The notes beneath the pieces are model-generated. The model was not told the origin of the DNA. It did no database searches and saw only the letters and a list, made by a program, of their open reading frames with translations. Of a stretch of DNA of 64,000 nucleotides, positions 39,990-49,946 are shown piece by piece (position 1 is the first letter of the stretch; each line of letters starts with the position of its first letter). The position numbers and the translations under genes were made by a program. The stretch spans positions 32,001-96,000 of the forward strand of contig CAVQGX010000042.1 in assembly GCA_963712115.1 (NCBI GenBank), given 5' to 3'. The DNA is from an uncultured delta proteobacterium (lineage in GTDB: Bacteria; Desulfobacterota; Syntrophobacteria; BM002).

Positions 39990-41321
39990 TTACTTAGCTT
40001 CAAAGCGAACTAGGTCACCTCTTCGAACTTTCAGCTCAGGATTGCAGAGCAGCAGTTGGCCCAGGTACAATTGCTCATCAACTTCAATAATTCTGCCCCG
40101 CGCAAGATCAGTTTCCTTAAACTCCTCTATCCTTGCACCCTTCTGGGAGCGCTCGACCTCCGTTCGATAGATAGTAAACCTCTGACCTGCCGGGTAGCCG
40201 CCCCTTCGACTCCCGGTCATGTAAATGGTTCCGTCCCCACCTACTCCCAAAACTATAGTTGGCAGATCCTTTCGTTTCAAATTCGGGGCAAAACTGCTCT
40301 GCAGATCATCACCGTAGTAACGGTAAGTGGGATCGCGCGGCCGGCAGCGATAGGCCCTCTCATAAGCAGCTACAGCCTCCAACAATCGTCCATTCCTTTC
40401 GTAGGCAACCCCCAGGTTTCCATTTACAGTGCATTCATCTGGGGCTTCTTCCAGCGCCTTCAGAAACAACTCCTCTGCCTTCAGCCAATCATCCTCTGCT
40501 GCTGCCTGAATTCCCCGTCGCACCCATTTAGCAGCCACAGGTTTCATTGCAAGGTGGGGGGCTTTAATTAGCCGCTGGACTCTATGTTCCTCAGGCTTCA
40601 GCCGAGCAACCACCTCATTGACTATGGAGATCACCAGTCTCTCAATTTCGGCTTCTGTTTCCGCCTGGGGACCAGTAAACCTGATTCTTTCAGACTTTCT
40701 ACTTATTTCTCGCTCCCAAAGAATACTGCCATTCTGGGTTTCGACAAGCCGCATTCGCGAAGCCAGGGAAGAGACCAGCTTGGTAACTGAGACCGCCACT
40801 GTGTCTGGATCTTGGCGGGACAAGATTCGATAGTAATATGTATCTTTTATTGACCCTTCTTCCAAAATTCCTAACCATTCATATTCGGCAGGGTCACTGG
40901 GACCGAATTCTGGCGTGGATAGCATAGGTTGAGAAGCTCTCGAGGTTTGCACCGAGAACTGGCTAATCTCCCCCAGGATGAAAGCATCCACCTGGTTCTT
41001 TTGCCCAAGTTGCCTGATTGAGCCAGCTGTAGGCTCGAAATCCTCGGGTGGTCTAACTAGCCGTGCCGCAAATGGTCCTAGCCCCAGTACGCCGCTGTCT
41101 AGTGCCTTCGCTATATCTGCAGCCATTTTGCGACCTACATCCGAGGCTGGACTGCTGAAAGGTATAACCCCAATAGTCTTGATGCTTTGTACCTCTGCCT
41201 CGGGAGGTTTTTCCAGTTCTATGGTCACCAGCCTGGTCGTTATTGGTGGGCCGCAGCCACCCAAAATAATGGCCGCCACTATAAACCACTTCATCCATCC
41301 TTTACGACCGATTCGATTCAT
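39990..41321 (-). CDS. TPR-containing lipoprotein with CsgG-like N-terminal domain
   Basis: ILGGC lipobox (start probably ATG 41294), IGVIPF, VDAFILGEI, TPR NLGVAYERNG...AYERA. Confidence 0.7.
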   Translation of the reverse strand: MNRIGRKGWMKWFIVAAIILGGCGPPITTRLVTIELEKPPEAEVQSIKTIGVIPFSSPASDVGRKMAADIAKALDSGVLGLGPFAARLVRPPEDFEPTAGSIRQLGQKNQVDAFILGEISQFSVQTSRASQPMLSTPEFGPSDPAEYEWLGILEEGSIKDTYYYRILSRQDPDTVAVSVTKLVSSLASRMRLVETQNGSILWEREISRKSERIRFTGPQAETEAEIERLVISIVNEVVARLKPEEHRVQRLIKAPHLAMKPVAAKWVRRGIQAAAEDDWLKAEELFLKALEEAPDECTVNGNLGVAYERNGRLLEAVAAYERAYRCRPRDPTYRYYGDDLQSSFAPNLKRKDLPTIVLGVGGDGTIYMTGSRRGGYPAGQRFTIYRTEVERSQKGARIEEFKETDLARGRIIEVDEQLYLGQLLLCNPELKVRRGDLVRFEAK

Positions 41322-41569
41322 CAGCGAATCTCCTGGCTCTATGTGCCTGGGGTCTGCCTTGAAACGACACCAGGTTAGCCCATAGGAAACTTTGATGTCA
41401 AGTTGACCCGCCTTCTCCTGTTCAGAACCTCAACATGCTGTTACTCAAAACCTATCTTCATCAGTTCCGCAAGTCTTAGGGAAATCACTAAGTAGACAAA
41501 GAGTTCAATGTCCTTGGGGAAATCCCCTTTGGGCAACAACCCCTCAACTGATGGCAACCGCCGATTTCC

Positions 41570-41845
41570 CTACTTCCGACTCGTTCTTTTCAACAGTTTA
41601 ATAGCTAATTCAGTATCAACAACCGGAATCAACTCCGCCACCCCAAGATCACTCCAATCGTAGAAAGTAGCAGCTACGTGGGCGGCGTCGTCTGCCTCAA
41701 AGAGGCAAAAAACTCGGTGACCTGAAACATCGAACCACTCTCCTTTGATTTTTACGCCCTTCGGGCTTCGAGGATTTTCCATCCTGCGCTCAATCACCCG
41801 ATCTCTATCCTGAGGGTCATAGGTAAAAACGGCCATAAACAACAT
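41570..41845 (-). CDS. DUF3303-like small protein (start moved to ATG 41845)
   Basis: AAGGAGG RBS; MLFMAVFTY...GEWFDVSGHRVFCLFEA...IPVVD. Confidence 0.7.
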   Translation of the reverse strand: MLFMAVFTYDPQDRDRVIERRMENPRSPKGVKIKGEWFDVSGHRVFCLFEADDAAHVAATFYDWSDLGVAELIPVVDTELAIKLLKRTSRK

Positions 41846-41895
41846 GTAGGTACCTCCTTCCTCGGCTAAGGGCATGGAGCATAGAGCCCTACTTC

Positions 41896-42465
41896 TCACT
41901 CTACTACCAGCCTCCGACCCAACTCATAAGCTTGCTGCAATACTTCCTTTTGTTTCCTCACCTCACCCTTAGCATCTACTCCCCGCACCAAGAGTTCATC
42001 CTTGTAAGTTACATCGATGGCATCGAAAAAATATTTGATCGTCAGTCTCACCCCATCAAAAAGCTTTTTTCCCCGGGTAGCTGCTACCGAGATAAATGCT
42101 CCCTGGCGATCGGGAACGGGGGAGACCGGCAACTTCAAAATATACTTTTTTGCCCATAAAGACTGACATCTGTCAATCATTGCTTTGGTCCAGGCCGAGA
42201 CACTGTAAAAAAATATGGGTGAAGCTATGATGATTCTCTGGGCTTGCTCGATTTTCGGGAAAAGATCCTGCATATCGTCTTTAATTGCACATACTCCATC
42301 CTTAGCACATTTATAGATCTCCAAGCACGGTGTGATTTTAAGATCTCGCAATACGACTTTCTCACAGGAGCCGCCCTGGTCGCTCGCACCCCGCAGCGCC
42401 TCATCTAAAAGAATTTCAGTATTTCCACCTCTCCTCGGACTACCGAGGATACTAAGTACTTTCAT
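41896..42465 (-). CDS. Flavodoxin-fold iron-sulfur flavoprotein / NADPH-dependent FMN reductase family
   Basis: GSPRRGGNT, PCLEIYKC..DGVC, ASPIFF, KAMIDR. Confidence 0.88.
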   Translation of the reverse strand: MKVLSILGSPRRGGNTEILLDEALRGASDQGGSCEKVVLRDLKITPCLEIYKCAKDGVCAIKDDMQDLFPKIEQAQRIIIASPIFFYSVSAWTKAMIDRCQSLWAKKYILKLPVSPVPDRQGAFISVAATRGKKLFDGVRLTIKYFFDAIDVTYKDELLVRGVDAKGEVRKQKEVLQQAYELGRRLVVE

Positions 42466-42644
42466 GCTCCTCTCCCCGCCGCACCACGATTATTTCCGCT
42501 ATTCTCGCCACCTGGAGGAATTCCACCCTACTTGAGGCCGACCTTATCTTAAGGTTTCAGGTGTCAGGTTTCAGAAATGATATACCCGAACACTGAAACC
42601 TTAGTCATTGTGATTTGTTATTTGGAATTTCAGTCACTTCAACA

Positions 42645-42719
42645 CTCCAATACTCCAAAAGCGCTCTTCATCTGTATCTGCAAAGCTATTGAAACTTGAC
42701 CTGGCCCAGAGGACCAGGT
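42645..42719. repeat. 75-bp dispersed repeat (family B), copy 2, preceded by heptamer arms at 42553-42630
   Basis: See 39274-39348; adjacent ggtttca ggtgtca ggtttca ... cccgaacactgaaacc. Confidence 0.85.
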
Positions 42720-42951
42720 TTTCTATGATTAAACAAATTAGACAACAAAAATCCTCTTTCTGGCAAAGACCTTGCAAGCATACTTAGGGAATTCTCAACA
42801 AGACAAAATGTCACCTCTACTGTCGAGCGACCATGTTACACCAAAATAACCCACGGGAAAAGTACAAGAGCTTTGTTGGCTTTCGGAAGTCTGCTATAAT
42901 TGCTTGCCTGTCACTTGTATGCTCTTGTGCTTTGCTTTGAGATGAGCACTT

Positions 42952-44052
42952 ATGGCTTTACTTAGAGTCACTCTGATCGCCGAGAAAGTCTCCGACTGTG
43001 CCATTTATGCAAAGGGCGACCAAATCACTATAGACTACCCGGAAATTGTCCTGGAAGAAACCGACAAAATCTGCATCTCGGCCCTAAATCAGTGCCAGCC
43101 ATACATCCTGCCGCTGTCTCGAGGAGTAGCTTTCGCCACCCTGGGTATTGGTGAAGAGCTTGGCAGCTTGCGTTGCTGCTGCAATATGGGTAGTGTCATT
43201 TTCAATGTCATCAAAAGACGCTCTCGTGCATCCATCACCCCGGAAACACTGAAGCGTCTGGCAGACCTGAAACTTGACCTGTCAAAGCTTCAATCCATGC
43301 CTATATTTGAGCCCCTTCCAGAAGCTTCTCTGGAAAAGATCATTCCCCTTCTTCAACTTCAACAGATCAACACAGGAACCGACATCATTCAGCAGGGTGA
43401 CGTGGGTGAGTTTCTTTATGTAATTACCAAGGGGGAGGTGTTGGTGTTGCGTCAGGGTGGGCAGGTTCGGGAAGAAGTGATTGCCAATCTGCCGGAAGGA
43501 GAGTGTTTCGGTGAAATGTCACTGATTTCTGGTGAACCCATCTCAGCTACCATCAGAGCGAAAACCCCGGTTACCTTGCTTCAGATAAGCAAGAAAAACT
43601 TTGATCAGCTTGTCCGGGATAATCCTTCACTGAGCATCTATTTCACAAAACTACTTACCCAGCGATTGCAGAGGACCAGTACGAGGATGGCGGAAACTCT
43701 GGACAAAGGCATGCTTGGAAGTATTGAGACCTTCAGTATTCCTGAACTCGTCCAAACCCTCGCACTCAACGGTAGAACCGGCGTATTAGTGATCTCCAGC
43801 AAGAGAGGTGAGGCTGAAATTTCCTTCGAGAGAGGTTTCATTTACCAGGTAACACTTGGAGATTTTCTCGGAGAACAAGCCTTTTACCAGCTACTTGCCT
43901 GGCAGGAGGGGCAGTTCCAGTTTCAGTCTGCCGAGACTCTTTCCATTAAACGACAGGTGCAAAAAGACACCATGCATCTGCTGATGGAAGGCTTGCGCCG
44001 CCTGGACGAGGACAGATCTGGCCTCTTGCAGCCAAAACACTCTGCTGACTGA
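42952..44052 (+). CDS. Cys-rich N-terminal domain + cNMP-binding domain + DUF4388/PatA-N domain protein
   Basis: CAIYAKGD...KIC...CCC; FGEMSLI..SATIRA; GSIETFSIPELVQTL...TGVL...WQEGQFQF. Confidence 0.8.
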   Translation: MALLRVTLIAEKVSDCAIYAKGDQITIDYPEIVLEETDKICISALNQCQPYILPLSRGVAFATLGIGEELGSLRCCCNMGSVIFNVIKRRSRASITPETLKRLADLKLDLSKLQSMPIFEPLPEASLEKIIPLLQLQQINTGTDIIQQGDVGEFLYVITKGEVLVLRQGGQVREEVIANLPEGECFGEMSLISGEPISATIRAKTPVTLLQISKKNFDQLVRDNPSLSIYFTKLLTQRLQRTSTRMAETLDKGMLGSIETFSIPELVQTLALNGRTGVLVISSKRGEAEISFERGFIYQVTLGDFLGEQAFYQLLAWQEGQFQFQSAETLSIKRQVQKDTMHLLMEGLRRLDEDRSGLLQPKHSAD

Positions 44053-44055
44053 AAC

Positions 44056-45135
44056 CTACAAATACTGCTCCATACCGCGCTGTTTCATTAGATCAAGAAC
44101 CTTGCCAATATCCTGGGCTCTATTCACAGGACAGACCAGTAGGGCGTCTTCAGTATCCACCACAATCAGGTCATCCACCCCAAGAAGGACGCAAAGTTTC
44201 TCCTGACAGAAGACAACATTGCCTTGGGATTCCATGGCCACAATTTCACCCTGGTTGACATTTCCCTGATCATCTTTGGGCCAGATTTGTGCCATGGAGG
44301 CCCATGTCCCCAAGTCGTTCCAGCCAAAATCAGCAGGTATCATCAGGACATTACCAGCCTTTTCCATCACACCACAGTCTATGGAAATGGACTCCAGATC
44401 GGGATAGATGTGGTTGATCTCCTGTTCCAGACCATCTGCATCCAAAAAAGGCTTTAGTTTATGGAGATCTGTGTAGAGGCCAGGTAAATACTTTTTCATT
44501 TGCGCCAAAATAGCTTCAGGCTGCCAAACAAACATGCCACTGTTCCAGAAAAAATTACCCTTTTCCAAATAATGTTTGGCCCGTTCAACGTCAGGTTTCT
44601 CATGAAAGGAAGTAACTCTATAGAATTTGTGCTCTTGCACCTTATCCAGCTGTTCCCCCGCCTCAATATAGCCGTAGCCGGTCTCAGGTGATGCGGGGCG
44701 AATACCCAAAGTAACCAGGGCTGGCTGTTTTCGAGCCATTGCTACCGCTGCCCTTAAAGTGGACAGAAACAGGTCCTCATCAGCAATCAGGTGGTCCGCT
44801 GGCAGTACTACCATTATTGCACTTGGGTCACGATGTTGCACCAGAAGAGCAGCTAAACCTATACATGCGGCTGTGTTTCGTCCAACTGGTTCCAGGAAGA
44901 TATTTTCAGCCGGAAGCTCAGCCAGTTGAATGCGCAACTCCTCTCCGTGATCTTCACCAGCCACCACTAGAATATTTTCCACCGGGAGCAAACTACCGAT
45001 CCGCGCTATGGTCTGTTGCAACATTGAACGTCGTCCCACAATATTGAGAAGTTGCTTGGGTTTCTTCTCTCTGCTCCTAGGCCAGAATCTGGTACCCTTG
45101 CCTCCAGCCATGATTACCGCGTACATCGCCTTCAC
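44056..45135 (-). CDS. manC: Mannose-1-phosphate guanylyltransferase
   Basis: IMAGGKGTRFWP..KPKQ, EPVGRNTA, PADH, GYGYI, EKP, WNSGMF. Confidence 0.93.
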   Translation of the reverse strand: MKAMYAVIMAGGKGTRFWPRSREKKPKQLLNIVGRRSMLQQTIARIGSLLPVENILVVAGEDHGEELRIQLAELPAENIFLEPVGRNTAACIGLAALLVQHRDPSAIMVVLPADHLIADEDLFLSTLRAAVAMARKQPALVTLGIRPASPETGYGYIEAGEQLDKVQEHKFYRVTSFHEKPDVERAKHYLEKGNFFWNSGMFVWQPEAILAQMKKYLPGLYTDLHKLKPFLDADGLEQEINHIYPDLESISIDCGVMEKAGNVLMIPADFGWNDLGTWASMAQIWPKDDQGNVNQGEIVAMESQGNVVFCQEKLCVLLGVDDLIVVDTEDALLVCPVNRAQDIGKVLDLMKQRGMEQYL

Positions 45136-45332
45136 ACCTCCTTTTCGACTTGAGCTTTATCTTCAGCAAAGGGGTTGGACCAGTATACGGTCTCATTGGC
45201 TATTTGTCATTTGGCATTTCACATTTCTCATTACGCATTAAACCTAATCAGGTTTGCCCGTCTCGGTCAAACTCTGGCGAAGTCGGCATCCACCCGATGA
45301 TTGTCTGTTTAGCAACGGACTACGGACACCCC

Positions 45333-45364
45333 TAGCCCGGATGATTCATGAATTATCCGGGCTA
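45333..45364. repeat. 32-bp near-perfect palindrome
   Basis: TAGCCCGGATGATTCA|TGAATTATCCGGGCTA, one mismatch. Confidence 0.8.
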
Positions 45365-45483
45365 ACCATGAAAGAATTTTACAGAGAACTTCCAGGTATG
45401 TTAAATTAAGGTTTTCCTACAGTCTCAAAGCAACATTAGGGTATAGAATCCTGTTACTGAATGAGATCGGTGAGAAAGGACTG

Positions 45484-45714
45484 ATGGTTATGGAAACAGA
45501 TATCGATTACAAGAAAGTTGGAGAACGTCTCCAGAATTTTAGGGAAGTTCGTGGACTCACTCGAGCTGTGATCGCTCAAAGGCTGGGCATAAGTGAAAAA
45601 GCCCTTGAGGATATGGAAACAGGAAAAAAGAAGCTCTCTCCGGAAAACATCGAGGTCCTGAGAGAGACATTCTCGTTGGATCCTGCCTGGCTCCTTGGCG
45701 GCCAGAATCTATAA
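45484..45714 (+). CDS. XRE-family HTH protein
   Basis: VGERL..FR..RGLT...AQRLGIS....METG, DPAWLL. Confidence 0.85.
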   Translation: MVMETDIDYKKVGERLQNFREVRGLTRAVIAQRLGISEKALEDMETGKKKLSPENIEVLRETFSLDPAWLLGGQNL

Positions 45715-45846
45715 GAATTTTTTACTCACAAACGTTTGCCGGCTCTATATTGCTATTCTTAAGAGCAATTATACAGTCCTTCCATTTTTTCCGCGCCACG
45801 AATGGCCGGGCAAATTCCAATTAGGCACTATATTTAAGGCTAGCCA

Positions 45847-46749
45847 ATGATGCGAGCAGACAAAATATTGATTCTTTGCACCGCAGTGGTCGTCATTCTA
45901 ATTTGCTCATCCTGTCCTAAGACCGAGCAAGGAGTTCGGACAGAACTGATAGAACTGCAGACCACTGATGGAGTGAGACTGGAATCCGTCTTGCGTGAGC
46001 CTTACCCTGCCCGGGCCAAAGGCGGAGTGGTTATGGTTCATGGATATGGGGGAAATTTCTACTCCGGAATTATGGCCTTTCTTCCCGAGGCCCTATCTCG
46101 CCGTGGCTTCGCTACTTTGGCCCTTAACATGCGAGACCACGACTTGGGCCCCAAAAAAAATCTATTTGAAGAGAATCTGCCAGACATCGTGGCAGGTGTG
46201 GATGAAATGGCTCGACACGGCTATGAAGCTCTCTTCCTCTATGGCCACAGCATGGGAACCAACCGAGTCCTCTTTTATCTGGCAGAAACCCAAGACCCGA
46301 GGATTGCCGGAATAATTCTTACGGGGTCCCCAGGAAACCTTTTCCAATGGAATGTGAGAACCTTCGGCCTGGAAGCAGCGACTCAAGTTCTCCACCGGGC
46401 CCAGGAGCTCAAGGCCGAAGGCAAAGGTGATAACTGGATGCTCATTAACCTTGGCCCACTTGGCAAGACTCTCTACACAGCCAACCATGTGGTAAGTCTC
46501 AGGGGCCCACAAACCCTCTCCGACCCATTCATGAACATTGCCCGCCTTGCCAAACCGGTTCTTGCAGTCCACGGTCTGGCTGATCGCCTCGCGGATCCCC
46601 AGGTGGCAGATCAACTCAAGAACAACGCGGGAACCGGGAGTTCCGTGACGGTTAGGAAGATTGGAGGTGCAGACCACCGTTTCCTCAACCATGAAAAGGA
46701 ATTAGAGGAGATTATTGTTCAGTGGTTAGTTGAAAAAATCAGACAATAA
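45847..46749 (+). CDS. Alpha/beta-fold hydrolase, probably exported or lipoprotein
   Basis: VHGYGG, GHSMG nucleophile elbow, HGLAD, GADH. Confidence 0.85.
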   Translation: MMRADKILILCTAVVVILICSSCPKTEQGVRTELIELQTTDGVRLESVLREPYPARAKGGVVMVHGYGGNFYSGIMAFLPEALSRRGFATLALNMRDHDLGPKKNLFEENLPDIVAGVDEMARHGYEALFLYGHSMGTNRVLFYLAETQDPRIAGIILTGSPGNLFQWNVRTFGLEAATQVLHRAQELKAEGKGDNWMLINLGPLGKTLYTANHVVSLRGPQTLSDPFMNIARLAKPVLAVHGLADRLADPQVADQLKNNAGTGSSVTVRKIGGADHRFLNHEKELEEIIVQWLVEKIRQ

Positions 46750-46791
46750 AGTACCTCCATGGGAAGAACCGAGGACCAGAGCATAAGTGGA

Positions 46792-46990
46792 AAATTCGAA
46801 ATCCTAAGCACGAAGCACTAAACAAATTCAAAATCCTAATTCTTCAATGCTCAAAACAAAACCAGCCTTAAATACTTGTCTAAAATTTCGGTCATTTGAA
46901 ACCGGGGCCCCGCCCGAAGGGTGGGGACTCCGAAGGAGAATTTTGAAAATTTGAATTTGTTTCGGATTTCGATATTAGATATTCGGATTT
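46792..46990. repeat. Family-A element carrying a 37-bp GC-rich insertion
   Basis: Inverted relative of 26577-26734; insert 46901-46937 flanked by GAA. Confidence 0.88.
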
Positions 46991-47037
46991 AAAACATGGA
47001 GTAATAAGAGCGCTCTTATCGAACTAGGAGATGCGCC

Positions 47038-48411
47038 ATGAAAAAGAGATTAATAGTAATAGGTGGTGGTGCTGGGGGACCCAGTGCTGCCGCCAAAGCT
47101 AAGCGGGTTAACCCAGATCTGGAGGTGACCATACTGGAGGGTGGGGAGCACGTCTCTTTTTCTGCCTGACCAACACCTTATTACATCGGCGATGTAATCA
47201 GGGATGAGGCTAAGCTGATTGCCCGAACACCCGAAGCCTTTGCCAAGTCTGGCATTGAGGTAAAGCTCCATACTAAGGTGGTCACCATACGACCAGAGCA
47301 AAAGCTGGTAGAAATCGCCACCGGTGAAACACTTCCTTTCGACTATCTCATGGTGGCCACTGGTGCAACCCCCCGCTTGCCCTCCGTTCCCGGGCTTGAT
47401 CTTGACGGGATCTTTTGTTTAAGGAACGTTGCTGACGCTATTCGCATAAAAAGCTTCATTCGGCAAAGGAATGCCAGACGAGCGGTGATAGTGGGGGCTG
47501 GCTTAATATCCCTCGAGGTGTGCGAAGCCTTTAGGCGACTTGGACTCGAGACCACAGTTGTTTATCGAAAAGATCTTCCCATGAGGAGACTAGGCGAAGA
47601 CTTCGCTGAGCAGATACTCATTGAACTCGAATCCAATGGCACAAACTTCATGGGTGGCACAGAGTTGGAGAGTTTTGAGCCAACAGACTCCGGAACCATC
47701 ATCGTTCACACTAGTAATGGCGCTTTAGAGTCCGATCTTGTGTTAATTGGCATCGGTGTTGTTCCAGAGGTTTCTCTTGCCTCAGAGGCTGGCATCGAAC
47801 TAGGTCCAACCGGTGCCATTGCGACAAATGAGTATATGCAAACCAACTTCCCCTTTATCTATGCGGCTGGAGATTGTTGCGAGTGCTTTCATCGCATTAG
47901 CCGCAAACCGGTGTATGCTCCCCTTGGAGATATTGCCAACAAACAAGGTCGCATTGCCGGTACTAACATCGGTGGCCAGAACGTTTTGTTTCCCGGAATC
48001 GTGGGATCCATTTGCTTCAAGGTGTTTAATCTGGAAGTTGCCAGCACTGGCCTGACCTTGGAAGAAGCCGAGAAAGCGGGATTTAAAGCAGATTCTTCTA
48101 CTATTCAAGGTGTCTCTAAGGCACACAGCTATCCCGATAGCCGTGAACTCAAAATCCGCTTAGTTGCCGACACTGAAACCGGCCAATTTCTCGGAGCTCA
48201 GTCTGTGGGTGGTGACGGGGTGGTCTCCAGGATCAACGCCTTGGCAGTTGCCTTGACCGGCGGATTGTCCATAGAAGAACTGGCTTATGTTGATCTGGCC
48301 TACGCCCCACCCTTCTCGGGCGCCTGGGATCCCATCCACATAGCAGCACAAAAACTCTGTAAAGTGACGAATACCAAGGAATTGTTGTCATTTGGTAGAT
48401 TTAAGATCTGA
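47038..48411 (+). CDS. Selenocysteine-containing CoA-disulfide reductase / NADH oxidase family flavoprotein (457 aa, Sec44)
   Basis: AGGAG RBS; [14 protein letters not shown]...VSFSA-TGA(47167-47169)-PTPYYIG is in frame with ORF 47278; ATG motif, [22 protein letters not shown]. Confidence 0.88.
47180..47198 (+). promoter_or_regulatory. Bacterial SECIS-like hairpin
   Basis: ATTACATC-GGC-GATGTAAT, 8-bp perfect stem starting 11 nt after the TGA, loop begins with G. Confidence 0.75.
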
Positions 48412-48582
48412 GATTGAGACAACTTGAGATTAAAATGAAATCCTAGTCATTGTGGTTTATCATTGCAATCTACAATCCAAAATAGCCATTACTCCCCTAC
48501 CCCAGAGTTTGCCGGGAGAAGGATTGTGACTTATAATTCCTTCAGTGACGAGTGGTCGTCTGGCAAAGAATGAGGTGCCCTC

Positions 48583-49137
48583 TTGAAAGTACTCCTCCAC
48601 ATGTGCTGTGCACCATGTTCCATTTACCCTCTCGAGATCTTGCAGGGTGAAGGAGCACGCGTCTTTGGCTTCTTCTATAACCCCAACATCCATCCCTACC
48701 AGGAATTCCGCCGCCGCCGGCAAGCCGTGGAGCAGTTGGCAGAAAGTCTCGGGTTGGAAATGATCTACCGGGACGAATATGACGTTGTGAGTTTTTTGCG
48801 CCAGGTGGTATTTCGGGAGTCTCAGCGTTGTCCCATTTGCTATGACTTGCGTCTCGATGCGGCTGCGCAGTTGGCAAAAAAAAGCCACCTGGACGGCTTT
48901 ACCAGTACCCTCCTCTACAGTAAGCGTCAAAACCACGAATTAATTTGTCAGTTAGGCGAAGAGATCGGTCGCCGACGGGGGATACCCTTCATCTGCCGAG
49001 ATTTCCGCCAGGGTTGGGAAGAGGGTATAGAAAAATCAAAAGAAATGAATCTATACAGGCAGGAATACTGCGGCTGCATTTATAGCGAGGAGGAAAGATA
49101 TTTAGGAGTCCGTCGTGAGAAATCGCATGGCGCATAG
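48583..49137 (+). CDS. queH: Epoxyqueuosine reductase QueH
   Basis: LLHMCCAPCS, FYNPNIHP..EF..R, RCPICY, YRQEYCGC. Confidence 0.92.
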   Translation: MKVLLHMCCAPCSIYPLEILQGEGARVFGFFYNPNIHPYQEFRRRRQAVEQLAESLGLEMIYRDEYDVVSFLRQVVFRESQRCPICYDLRLDAAAQLAKKSHLDGFTSTLLYSKRQNHELICQLGEEIGRRRGIPFICRDFRQGWEEGIEKSKEMNLYRQEYCGCIYSEEERYLGVRREKSHGA

Positions 49138-49205
49138 CGCAAAGGGCAGAGCGTATTATGGAGATGGTAACTCCACGCTATGCGCTCTGCGCTTGGCGCT
49201 ATGCG
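49124..49205. repeat. Inverted heptamer arms (CGCATAG / CTATGCG) overlapping the queH stop
   Basis: cgcatgg cgcaTAG cgcaaag ggcagag ... cgctatg cgctctg cgcttgg cgctatg. Confidence 0.88.
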
Positions 49206-49219
49206 GCGAACAAAGCGAG

Positions 49220-49507
49220 CTAGTCGTAGACAAACACCCGATGAATGGAAGGCGCCCGTAAAAGTCCGTCAATCTGATTTTGCATCTCTTGCCGTTCTTT
49301 ATCCAATTCCCATCTCTTCCAGTCATTCAAAGTGTTCCAAGTACTGATCACCAAGTACTCAGTGGGATCATCTATGGAACGCAACGTCTCCCCGGATATA
49401 TAGCCTTTGGCAAACATGGCCTTACCCCTAAGCTTCATTAGGAGGTTATTTAAACTCGGCTGATTTTCCGGGATAATTTTCCTCTCTATTAAAACTCGAA
49501 TGGCCAT
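49220..49507 (-). CDS. Antibiotic biosynthesis monooxygenase (ABM) domain protein
   Basis: GYISGETL, YLVISTW....W..W. Confidence 0.85.
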   Translation of the reverse strand: MAIRVLIERKIIPENQPSLNNLLMKLRGKAMFAKGYISGETLRSIDDPTEYLVISTWNTLNDWKRWELDKERQEMQNQIDGLLRAPSIHRVFVYD

Positions 49508-49520
49508 TGCCCTCCTCCAC

Positions 49521-49946
49521 CTATTGAGTTTCTACTGACAGTTTCCTGCCATCCAAAACATCTCTAAGGCTCAAAGAGGATAGCTCTTCCATTAGCCGCT
49601 CACTCATGCGAATCCAGATGTCCCGGGTGAGACATTGACTCTCTCGTTCACAGGCCTTGGGATCTTCCACGCAGTCAACGAGGGTCATACCTCCTTCGAG
49701 GGTCTCTATAATCTGCCCAACGCTGATTTTTTCAGGTTTCCTGGCCAGGGTGTATCCTCCCCGAGCTCCGCGAACACTGCGAATAAAACCAGCAGCCTTA
49801 AGCGGAATAATCAATTGTTCCAAGTACTTAACCGAAAGGTCCTGTCGCTTGGCAATTTCTCTCAGAGGAGTTGGACCTTCATCATGGTGAGCCGCCAAGT
49901 CCAACATCATTCTAGTACCGTATCTACCTCTAGTTGATATCTTCAT
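49521..49946 (-). CDS. Rrf2-family (IscR-like) regulator with three Cys
   Basis: ISTRGRYG, YLEQL, SVRGARGGY, C-x6-C-x5-C. Confidence 0.92.
   Translation of the reverse strand: MKISTRGRYGTRMMLDLAAHHDEGPTPLREIAKRQDLSVKYLEQLIIPLKAAGFIRSVRGARGGYTLARKPEKISVGQIIETLEGGMTLVDCVEDPKACERESQCLTRDIWIRMSERLMEELSSLSLRDVLDGRKLSVETQ

Noticed and set aside
45484-45714. XRE gene as prophage or toxin-antitoxin remnant
   Set aside because: No adjacent toxin, integrase or phage genes
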